NCBI GenBank assembly: GCA_902553005.1
Contig: CACDIK010000004.1
Location: 5,379-69,378, forward strand
Direction: 5' to 3'
Source: an uncultured Alphaproteobacteria bacterium
GTDB taxonomy: Bacteria; Pseudomonadota; Alphaproteobacteria; HIMB59; GCA-002718135
Length of the DNA stretch: 64,000 nucleotides
Shown here: in pieces, positions 31,240 to 39,732 of the stretch
Position numbering within the stretch: the first letter of the stretch is position 1
Layout of the letters: each line of letters opens with the position of its first letter
Program-made: the position numbers and the translations under genes
The notes under the pieces: model-generated
Database searches by the model: none
Seen by the model: only the letters and a program-made list of their open reading frames with translations
What the model was told of the DNA's origin: nothing

Positions 31240-32666
31240 TAATACTTGAAATGAGTAAGTTAGTTTTTATTTTTATAATATTAATATCGAGTATGGCTAA
31301 GGCAGAATTTTTCTCTAATATTTCAGAAATAATTGAAAATAATAATGATAGATTAAGTTATGGAGTATCAGTAACTGACTTTGATAAAGATGGAAACTTT
31401 GAATTTATTGTTGCTGGCTTTGGATACTCTAATTTAGCTCTTAGTTATAAAAATGGAAAACTAATAAATACAATTCAAGATCCTTTATTCATTGATGAAG
31501 ATAGAAATACTATTGGTGTATCAGCTTGCGATATAGATCAGGATGGTTTTGAAGAAATTTACTTCTTAAATACTGATACTTATAGTGGGGAAAAAAAATA
31601 CTCTGATAGATTACTGGATAACGATAACAACATATTTGATTATTTTGAGTTAGAAAAAAATTTAGAAAATTTAAATTTAACCGCAGGCAGATCTGTTGTT
31701 TGCGTAGATAGAAATGGATCAGGAAAGTACGGCATATATGTTGCTAATTATGGAGGCCCTACTAGATTTTATGAAATTGAAGAAAATGAAGTTAAAGATT
31801 TAGCTCCAATGCTTGGAATTGATCAAATAACTGGAGGCAGAGCTGTTATCTCAGGACATATAGTTTCTGATAATATGGATATATTTGCAGCTAATGAGAG
31901 AGGTCCAAATTTTTTATATAAAAATTCTAACGGTAGTTTTAATGACATTGCGATTGAAAGAAATGTCCAAGATACTTTTCAAAATGGTCGAGGAACAGCA
32001 TTAACTGACTTTTTATACAGAGGAGAACTTGATATTGTAACAAGTAACTGGGAAGGTTTTCATCGAATTTTTGTAAAACAAAAAGAATCTTTTCTCGATA
32101 TGTCTTCATTGGAATTTAGATCACCAAGTAGAATACGAACAGTTATATCAGCTGATTTTGATAATGATGGTTATGATGAAATTTTTTTAAATAATATAGG
32201 ACAACCAAATAAACTCTTTCGTATTATTGATGAAGGAAACCTAGAAGAAATTAAATTGGATGCAGCACTTGAAGCACAAGGTCTAGGAACAGGTGCTGCG
32301 GTTGCTGATATTGATGGAGATGGAATATTAGAATTACTTATATCTCATGGTGAATCAGGAGCTCAACCATTGAGCTTATTTAAGTCAAATGTTTCAAATA
32401 CTAATTATATTAGAATCAAACCTCTCAACACCTTTGGTGCTCCAGCAAGAGGTGCAACAGTTACCTTACATACAAATTTAAGAAATCATGCCAAGACAAT
32501 TGATGCTGGTTCAGGATATTTATGTCAAATGGAACCAGTAGCACATTACGGTTTACGTGAAGGTGAAATCATTAAAAATATAACAATCAAATGGACGAAT
32601 GGTACAATTGAAAGCTATGAAATTAGTGATATAAATAATACATTTGAATTTAAACAAGGAATATAA
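31236..32666 (+). CDS. CRTAC1-like secreted protein (FG-GAP/VCBS repeats plus ASPIC/UnbV C-terminal domain)
   Basis: 476 aa. Repeated D-x-D-x-DG-x-x-E/D calcium-loop motifs (TDFDKDGNFEF, CDIDQDGFEEIY, ADFDNDGYDEIF, ADIDGDGILELL). The C-terminus GATVTL...DAGSGYLCQMEPVAHYGL...ITIKWTNG is typical of ASPIC/UnbV. Confidence 0.75.
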   Translation: MIILEMSKLVFIFIILISSMAKAEFFSNISEIIENNNDRLSYGVSVTDFDKDGNFEFIVAGFGYSNLALSYKNGKLINTIQDPLFIDEDRNTIGVSACDIDQDGFEEIYFLNTDTYSGEKKYSDRLLDNDNNIFDYFELEKNLENLNLTAGRSVVCVDRNGSGKYGIYVANYGGPTRFYEIEENEVKDLAPMLGIDQITGGRAVISGHIVSDNMDIFAANERGPNFLYKNSNGSFNDIAIERNVQDTFQNGRGTALTDFLYRGELDIVTSNWEGFHRIFVKQKESFLDMSSLEFRSPSRIRTVISADFDNDGYDEIFLNNIGQPNKLFRIIDEGNLEEIKLDAALEAQGLGTGAAVADIDGDGILELLISHGESGAQPLSLFKSNVSNTNYIRIKPLNTFGAPARGATVTLHTNLRNHAKTIDAGSGYLCQMEPVAHYGLREGEIIKNITIKWTNGTIESYEISDINNTFEFKQGI

Positions 32667-32671
32667 TTTAA

Positions 32672-33130
32672 ATGTCTATTGCCGAAACACTAAAAAAACC
32701 AGCTCCTCGTTTTCATTGGAAATGTAAACATACATGGAGAACAAGTGCTAAAAATACTGCTTGGTGTTTGCTAGGATGTAGTATTGGTGATTTTGGAACT
32801 ATACTCTATTTTCAATTAACTGGAATTCCTTGGCCTACTCTTTATATTATGATCCTAGCAATCATTAATGGTATTATTACCAGCATCATTTTAGAGACTG
32901 TCGTTTTATCAAGACAAATGATTATCAGCAAAGCTTTTAAAACAGCCATAGGAATGAGTTTAATTTCAATGGTGTCTATGGAAATAGCCATGAATGCAGT
33001 TGACTGGATCATTATGGGTGGCGCTAAACTTGTATGGTGGGTAATACCTATAATGCTTCTTGCAGGCTTTCTAACACCGTGGCCATATAATTATTACAGA
33101 TTAAAAAAATATAATATTGCCTGCCATTAA
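32672..33130 (+). CDS. DUF4396-like small membrane protein
   Basis: 152 aa, about four TM segments. The N-terminal ...CLLGCSIGDFG... motif is as in DUF4396 proteins. Confidence 0.55.
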   Translation: MSIAETLKKPAPRFHWKCKHTWRTSAKNTAWCLLGCSIGDFGTILYFQLTGIPWPTLYIMILAIINGIITSIILETVVLSRQMIISKAFKTAIGMSLISMVSMEIAMNAVDWIIMGGAKLVWWVIPIMLLAGFLTPWPYNYYRLKKYNIACH

Positions 33131-33187
33131 TTAAATTAATTCATAAATGAATATTGAAATTGATTTAATTGCACATATTTCCATCCC

Positions 33188-33655
33188 ATGATTAGAATAT
33201 TACTTACATTACTATTTATAAGTTCCACTTCATTTGCCGCTGGCACTAGCTACGATGATAGTGAAACAAGCATTTCAGCTAGTGAACAAGTTACAAAGTT
33301 ATACGATAAAGCTTACGAATTAGTTTATTACAAGAAATTTGATAAATCTATTAAATTGCTTGAAAAAATTGCTAAGCGTAAAGATCTTGGTGAAAAAAAA
33401 GCTGATGTATATAACCTACTAGGTTTTAGTTATAGAAAACACAGTGAGCCAAATCTAGATAAGGCCTTTGAAGCATATAGAATTGCTTTAGATGCAAATC
33501 CAGAACATTTAGGTGCACACGAATATCTTGGAGAACTATACATCACTCTTGGTAATATGAATAAAGCTAACGAAATGTTATTAAAATTAGAAACAATAGC
33601 TGGAACTAATTCTATGGAATATAGAAAATTAAAAACAGCAATTGATAATTCATAA
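33188..33655 (+). CDS. Secreted TPR-repeat protein
   Basis: 155 aa. Signal peptide and about three TPR-like helical repeats (..YNLLGFSYRKHSEPNLDKAFEAYRIALDANPEH..). Confidence 0.6.
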   Translation: MIRILLTLLFISSTSFAAGTSYDDSETSISASEQVTKLYDKAYELVYYKKFDKSIKLLEKIAKRKDLGEKKADVYNLLGFSYRKHSEPNLDKAFEAYRIALDANPEHLGAHEYLGELYITLGNMNKANEMLLKLETIAGTNSMEYRKLKTAIDNS

Positions 33656-33662
33656 ATATAAC

Positions 33663-33688
33663 AATTGCTCTTTATAAAAGAGCAATTT
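33663..33688 (+). terminator. Palindromic hairpin after the TPR gene (weak terminator candidate)
   Basis: aattgctctttTATAaaagagcaatt, followed by only tt. It is AT-rich. Confidence 0.35.
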
Positions 33689-33694
33689 TAACTA

Positions 33695-34123
33695 ATGATA
33701 ATTTATACTCTTAATTTTTTTGTAACAATCCTTTTAGGGTCTATGATTTTCTTTATGGCTGTTGTCTCGCCCTCAGTCTTTGCCACATTAAGTACTAATG
33801 CCAGCAGTAAATTGTTAAGAATAATTTTTCCTCGAATGTTTTTATTTGGGTTTATAATAGCTTTTTTATCTTTAATCCTAAGTTATATTTCAGGAAATAT
33901 TTTAAATACTATTTTATTAATAGTAGTGGCTGTAAGTTTTATTATTAATAGAAATTATTTAACACCGAAAATTAATAATTTTAGAGATAAAGAATTAGAA
34001 GGCGATAAAAAAGCATCTTCAAGTTTTAAATATATGCATTTGCTTTCAGTTTTATTATTTGTATTGAATTTTGTAATTCTAATTGGAATCGTAATTAATA
34101 ACTACCTTAATTATAATTTATAA
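33695..34123 (+). CDS. DUF4149/TMEM205-like four-TM membrane protein
   Basis: 142 aa, four hydrophobic segments. Carries the N-terminal ...MIFFMAVVSPSVF... pattern. Confidence 0.5.
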   Translation: MIIYTLNFFVTILLGSMIFFMAVVSPSVFATLSTNASSKLLRIIFPRMFLFGFIIAFLSLILSYISGNILNTILLIVVAVSFIINRNYLTPKINNFRDKELEGDKKASSSFKYMHLLSVLLFVLNFVILIGIVINNYLNYNL

Positions 34124-34764
34124 ACTTTATCCAGTCCCACAGGATAAATACTCAAATTATTCTTACCTAATACATCACTTATTTGTTTAGAATGGATATC
34201 CAATCCACCCGTTAAAATTCCAAAACTGGGTAAAATAAATATTTTTTCATTATGTATAAAACATGTTTTAAAAATAGTTTTTCCTCTGTGTGAAATTTTT
34301 ACTTTAGGATGATAGTGACCACAAATTTGAAATAAAGATGTTTCGATAGGTATGTGTGTAAATAATAATTTATCAATTTTGTAATTTGTAAAATTTTTAA
34401 AACCTTCAATTTGTATATTTTTATCATGATTACCCTTGATCCATATGAAATCAGTATTTTTCATATATTGACTAAGATTTTTATGATCTTGATCTTTTAA
34501 ACTCAATATTGAAAAAACATCATGTAATAAATCACCAACTATAATTAAATTACTTGGTTTAATCTTATCTAAACTAACAAAAATTTTATTTAATATTTCT
34601 TTTGTATCATACGGAGGTAAGAATTGTTTATTCTTTGCATAACTAATAGATTTTCCTATATGTAAATCTGATACGATCAAAGTATTTAGTCTTTTCCAAT
34701 AAAGAGATTTATCTGGGTAAGCATGAAATTCTTCATTACCAAAATTAATTAATTGATAGTACAT
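34111..34764 (-). CDS. pdeM: Ligase-associated DNA damage response metallophosphoesterase PdeM
   Basis: 217 aa. Calcineurin-like motifs SDLHIGK, VGDLLHD, GNHD and GHYHP. It lies immediately downstream of the Lhr-type helicase. Confidence 0.8.
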   Translation of the reverse strand: MYYQLINFGNEEFHAYPDKSLYWKRLNTLIVSDLHIGKSISYAKNKQFLPPYDTKEILNKIFVSLDKIKPSNLIIVGDLLHDVFSILSLKDQDHKNLSQYMKNTDFIWIKGNHDKNIQIEGFKNFTNYKIDKLLFTHIPIETSLFQICGHYHPKVKISHRGKTIFKTCFIHNEKIFILPSFGILTGGLDIHSKQISDVLGKNNLSIYPVGLDKVYKL

Positions 34765-37195
34765 TAGCCTCTTTTAATATTTCATTTTCTAAATCCTCTA
34801 AAATATATTCATCAGTTTCCTTTTTTGATAAATTTTCTCTATTTATTTCAAGAATAATTGGAACAGCCAATGGTGAGATACTTGTGAGTTTTTTTAATAT
34901 AATTTTTTTATCAATTTTTTTTAAGATTTCTCTAAGTCTATCATAATCAATCATATTCTTTTTTGCGTCTTCATATGATGATTTTAGAAGAATATGATCA
35001 GGTTCATTTTTTTTGAGAACTGTATAAATTAGATCAGAACTAAATAAAACTTGCTTTCCAGTTTTTTCCATCCCTGGTAACCTTCTTTCTATTAAACAGG
35101 ATATAATTGCATTATCTCTAAACAATCTTTTGACTATTGAAGTTTCTTCAAGATAATTATCTAAATGTTCATCTAACAAACCTAAATTTAGAATTGTTTT
35201 AATTTCTTTAACTTCTTTTAAAGACCATAAAACAATAGCATAATCATTTGCGACAAAACCTAGAGGTTTATAGTTTAATTCCTTAAAGCCTCTAAGCAAT
35301 AAAAATCCTAGTGTTTGATTGGCATGCCATCCTGCAAAAGTATAGATAACAGTATAAAAATTTTTTTTTCGGGGGAATTGTTCTACTAGATATTCATCTT
35401 TTTTAGGAATTTTAGATATATTTTTTTGTCTTTTTAACCATTCAGTAATTTGCTCTGGATAAAAATCCCACATATTACTTTTTGCCAATAAAGCTCTAAC
35501 TGAGTTAGCCAAATTTGTTGATAATGGCATTCTGCCTCCAGAGTATGATGGAATTTTTGAAATTAATGATTTACTTCTTTTAACTTGTACTAAATTATTT
35601 TTCATTGATTGAAATTCTAGTATTTGACCAGCAAATATGAATGAATCACCTTGAGAAAGATTTTGAATAAAAACTTCTTCTACATTCCCTAACGTTCTTG
35701 TTCCAAGTTTTATTTTTAACATCGGATTTTCAATTATTGTTCCAACATTCATGCGGTATTTTCGTGTTTCTCTTCTATTTACTAGCTTATAAATATTTTT
35801 ATTTTCTCTCAATTGGAAAATTCTCTTAAATTGATCATAATTTTTTAAAACATATCCGCCATCTTGTATGAGATTAATCAATTGTTTAAAGTCATTAAGT
35901 TTTAATTTTTTGTAAGGATATGCTTTGATAATTTCTTTGTAGAGATCATTAATTTCAAATTGCCCTGCACAAGCCGTTGCAAAAATATGTTGTGCTACAA
36001 CATCAAAACTTCCTTCTTTTAAATCTATTTTATCTAAGTTATTTTTTTTTATTTCTTCAATAGCTGCTTTTGCTTCGATAAATTCAAAACGATTAGTGGG
36101 TACTAAAATTGCTTTTGAAGGTGTATTTAAATTATGATTTGATCTTCCTACACGCTGTAATAATCTATTAATACCTTTAGGCGCTCCTACTTGAATAATT
36201 TTTTCTACATCTCCATAATCTAATCCGAGTTCTAAAGAAGAAGTCGCAACAACACAGTCAACTAATCCTTTGCTTAGATTATTTTCTACTTTTAAACGTA
36301 GGTTTTTTTCTAATGAACCATGGTGAACAGCAATTTTTAATTTTTTCTTATTAATTAGCCATAAGTTTTTAAACATATATTCTGCTTGCGCCCTCGTATT
36401 AACAAAAATAATAGTTAATTTTGATTGCATTATTTCTTTATAGATTTCATTAATAGAATACGTAGCCATATGACCAGACCAAGGAATACGTTCTTTTGAT
36501 TCTAGAATTTTAATCTTAGGTAAAACTGAATTTTCATAAGAAACTATTTTTGGTTTTTTGCGGCAAAGCCATTTTTTAGCATCTTGTTTGTTTTTGAGAG
36601 TTGCAGACAACCCTATTCGTTGTAAATTTGGAGAGAAAGTTTGCAGTCTTTCAATATTTAAACTTAGAAGATCCGCTCTCTTATTATCCAAAAAAGTGTG
36701 TATCTCGTCGATAATTATATATTTTAGATTGTGAAAAAATTCTTTAGCATTCTCATACGAATTTAATAATGCAAGTGACTCTGGAGTTGTAATAAGGATA
36801 TTGGGAGGTTTTTGTTTTTGTTTTTGTTTTTTATATGGTGTTGTGTCGCCTGTTCTTACTTGAAATGAAATATTTAAATCAAGATCTTTAATAGGTTTCT
36901 CTAAATTTCTCACAATATCGTTTGCAAGAGATTTTAAAGGAGAAATATAGAGCGTATGAAGACCTTTATATTTTTTAGATTTAATTAAATCATCTATTGG
37001 ATTAATAAATCCTGTTAAAGTTTTGCCAGCACCAGTTGGAGCAAATACAACAACATCAGATCCGCTTCGAACATGCTGGAATGTTTCAATTTGATGTTGA
37101 AACCAAGACCATTTTTTTTTCTTCATCCACTTAGTTAGGGGGTGTAATGTTAAGGGATTCGATTTATTTATATTCATATGGATTTTATTAATCAT
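34745..37195 (-). CDS. Ligase-associated DEXH-box helicase (Lhr-core type)
   Basis: 816 aa. Motif I APTGAGKT, motif II IIDEIH, motif VI QRVGRSNH. It has the long C-terminal domain typical of the lig-associated Lhr family. The true start may be Met7 at 37177. Confidence 0.85.
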   Translation of the reverse strand: MINKIHMNINKSNPLTLHPLTKWMKKKKWSWFQHQIETFQHVRSGSDVVVFAPTGAGKTLTGFINPIDDLIKSKKYKGLHTLYISPLKSLANDIVRNLEKPIKDLDLNISFQVRTGDTTPYKKQKQKQKPPNILITTPESLALLNSYENAKEFFHNLKYIIIDEIHTFLDNKRADLLSLNIERLQTFSPNLQRIGLSATLKNKQDAKKWLCRKKPKIVSYENSVLPKIKILESKERIPWSGHMATYSINEIYKEIMQSKLTIIFVNTRAQAEYMFKNLWLINKKKLKIAVHHGSLEKNLRLKVENNLSKGLVDCVVATSSLELGLDYGDVEKIIQVGAPKGINRLLQRVGRSNHNLNTPSKAILVPTNRFEFIEAKAAIEEIKKNNLDKIDLKEGSFDVVAQHIFATACAGQFEINDLYKEIIKAYPYKKLKLNDFKQLINLIQDGGYVLKNYDQFKRIFQLRENKNIYKLVNRRETRKYRMNVGTIIENPMLKIKLGTRTLGNVEEVFIQNLSQGDSFIFAGQILEFQSMKNNLVQVKRSKSLISKIPSYSGGRMPLSTNLANSVRALLAKSNMWDFYPEQITEWLKRQKNISKIPKKDEYLVEQFPRKKNFYTVIYTFAGWHANQTLGFLLLRGFKELNYKPLGFVANDYAIVLWSLKEVKEIKTILNLGLLDEHLDNYLEETSIVKRLFRDNAIISCLIERRLPGMEKTGKQVLFSSDLIYTVLKKNEPDHILLKSSYEDAKKNMIDYDRLREILKKIDKKIILKKLTSISPLAVPIILEINRENLSKKETDEYILEDLENEILKEANVLSIN

Positions 37196-38167
37196 CAGTT
37201 ATTTATCAAAGATATAAATGTACATATAGATCCAATATTTCCCAAAAAAACAGCAATTATTACGCATGGCCACGCAGATCATGCCAGATTTGGACATGAT
37301 CATGTTATTGCTACTAGGCAAACAATAGACATAATGAAAATTCGCTACGGAGATAAATGTGCGAAGAAATTTACTCCTCTTAAATACGGGCAAAAATATT
37401 CAATAAAAAACTATGATTTTACTCTTTACCCTGCAGGACATATTTTGGGGAGTGCTCAAGTTTTAATTGAAAAAAATAATCATCGTTTAGTCATCACAGG
37501 TGATTATAAAGTAGGAAAAGACGAAACATGTAAAAATTTCAAACTGATTAAATGTGATACTTTAATTACCGAAGCAACATTTGGATTACCCATATTTCAA
37601 CATCCAGATCCCAAAGATGAAATTAAAAAACTCATACGATCCGTAAAAATAAATAAATATAATTGTCATATTGTTGGTGCGTATGCACTTGGCAAAGCAC
37701 AAAGAGTAATGAATCTTTTACGACAGCAGAAATATAATGAGACAATTTATATTCATGGATCTCTAGAAAAGTTATGCCAATATTATTCAAAAGAAAAAAT
37801 TAATATTGGAAAGTTTGAAAAAGTTTCTTCAAAGGATAAAAGCTTTTATGAGGGTAAAATAATTATCGCACCTCCATCAGCTTTAAAGGACCGTTGGTCA
37901 AGACGATTTCCTAATCCTATTATTTGCATGGCTAGTGGATGGATGACAGTTAAACAAAGAGCAAAACAACAAGGTATTGAATTACCTCTAGTTATTAGTG
38001 ATCATAGCGATTGGAATGAATTACTAGATACAATTAAAAAATCAAATGCGAAAAATATTCTTATTACGCATGGTCAGGAAGATGCATTAGTTTATTATTG
38101 TAAGAAACAAAACCTTGTTTCAAAGCCCCTTTCCATCCAAGGAAGAAGTGATGAGGAAATAGAATGA
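37178..38167 (+). CDS. Ligase-associated DNA damage response exonuclease (metallo-beta-lactamase/beta-CASP fold)
   Basis: 329 aa. Carries an HxHxDH motif (THGHADH). Its stop overlaps the ligase start (ATGA). Confidence 0.8.
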   Translation: MDFINHQLFIKDINVHIDPIFPKKTAIITHGHADHARFGHDHVIATRQTIDIMKIRYGDKCAKKFTPLKYGQKYSIKNYDFTLYPAGHILGSAQVLIEKNNHRLVITGDYKVGKDETCKNFKLIKCDTLITEATFGLPIFQHPDPKDEIKKLIRSVKINKYNCHIVGAYALGKAQRVMNLLRQQKYNETIYIHGSLEKLCQYYSKEKINIGKFEKVSSKDKSFYEGKIIIAPPSALKDRWSRRFPNPIICMASGWMTVKQRAKQQGIELPLVISDHSDWNELLDTIKKSNAKNILITHGQEDALVYYCKKQNLVSKPLSIQGRSDEEIE

Positions 38168-39732
38168 AAAAATTTTCTTCCTTACTTCACAATTTGATTT
38201 TAACACCAAGTAGAAATACTAAAATTAAATTACTTCAAGATTATTTTAAAATACTTGATATCAACCGTGCATATGCACTTGCAATTTTATCTGACCAACT
38301 TTCATTTCAATTTATTAAAGCATCTAAACTCAAAGAACTTGTCTATGAACAAGTAGATCAACATTTATTTGATTACTCATATGACTATGTTGGGGATTTA
38401 GCAGAAACAATATCATTAATTTGGCCAACAAATAAAGAAGGTAAATCACAAAATTTATCTACCTTAATAGAAAATATAAAAAAAATTAAAAAGTCTGAAA
38501 TTAATATAGAGTTTAGTAAAGTTTTGAGCGAACTATCTAATAACGAAAGATGGACTTTAATTAAAATTTGCACAGGTGGATTGCGAATAGGAGTCTCTGA
38601 AAGATTAGTAAAAAATGCTCTAGCGGATCTGTATAACAAATCTGTAAATGAGATTGAAGAAATTTGGCATGGTCTAGAATTTCCATACGAAAATTTATTT
38701 CAATGGTTAAGAAATGAAACTTCAAAACCAAAAATAGATTTTAAAAAATTATTTCACCCCATGATGCTTGCTAATCCTATTGATGAGGAAAAAGATTTTA
38801 AAAGACTGAATGCTAGTGAATTTCAAGCGGAATATAAATGGGATGGAATTAGGGTTCAATTAATGGTTTCATCAAAAACTGTATCACTATACTCAAGAAC
38901 AGGTGATAATATATCATCTGCATTCCCAGAAATAATTGAAAATACTAAAGGTGATGCGGTCATTGACGGAGAATTACTTGTGGGAAGAAACTTTAAACCC
39001 TCCGGCTTTAATGATCTACAACAAAGGTTAAACAGAAAAAAGGCATCAAAAGATCTTCAAGAAAAGTTTCCTGTCTTCATTCGAGCTTATGATATTCTTT
39101 TTTATAAAGGAAAAGATCTAAGAAAATTATTTCTTTACGAAAGAAGAAAATATTTAGAAAAATTTCAAAAAGAAAATAAAACTAATCAAATTGATTTGTC
39201 ATTAACTATAAAATTCAAAACTTGGAAAGAATTAACAAAATATAAAAATAATGTTCATGATGATTTAAATGAAGGTGTAATGATTAAACTTAAAAATAGT
39301 GAATATCTGCCAGGAAGAAAAAAGGGATATTGGTACAAATGGAAAAAAAATCCAAAACTAGTTGATGCTATTTTAATGTATGCTCAACGAGGACATGGTA
39401 AAAGATCATCATATTATTCAGATTTTACGTTTGGTGTTTGGAAAGAAAATGAATTAGTTCCTATAGGAAAAGCCTATTCCGGTTACACGGATAAAGAACT
39501 ATTAATTTTAGATAAATTTATTAGAAATAATACTACCAATAAATTTGGTCCTGTAAGAGAAGTAAAAAAAGAAATTATTTTAGAAGTAGCCTTTGATGAT
39601 GTCTTCCCCAGCAGTAGACATAAATCAGGTGTCGCCATGCGTTTTCCCAGAATTCATCGTATTAGATGGGATAAATTGGTTAATGACGTTATAAATATAG
39701 ATCAATTTAAAAAAGAATTTAAAATAGAATGA
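38164..39732 (+). CDS. ATP-dependent DNA ligase (bacterial ligase-associated-response type)
   Basis: 522 aa. Adenylation motif I KxDG (EYKWDGIR), motifs III-V (IDGELLV, ...MIKLKNSEY...WYKWKK) and a C-terminal OB domain. Confidence 0.85.
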   Translation: MKKFSSLLHNLILTPSRNTKIKLLQDYFKILDINRAYALAILSDQLSFQFIKASKLKELVYEQVDQHLFDYSYDYVGDLAETISLIWPTNKEGKSQNLSTLIENIKKIKKSEINIEFSKVLSELSNNERWTLIKICTGGLRIGVSERLVKNALADLYNKSVNEIEEIWHGLEFPYENLFQWLRNETSKPKIDFKKLFHPMMLANPIDEEKDFKRLNASEFQAEYKWDGIRVQLMVSSKTVSLYSRTGDNISSAFPEIIENTKGDAVIDGELLVGRNFKPSGFNDLQQRLNRKKASKDLQEKFPVFIRAYDILFYKGKDLRKLFLYERRKYLEKFQKENKTNQIDLSLTIKFKTWKELTKYKNNVHDDLNEGVMIKLKNSEYLPGRKKGYWYKWKKNPKLVDAILMYAQRGHGKRSSYYSDFTFGVWKENELVPIGKAYSGYTDKELLILDKFIRNNTTNKFGPVREVKKEIILEVAFDDVFPSSRHKSGVAMRFPRIHRIRWDKLVNDVINIDQFKKEFKIE

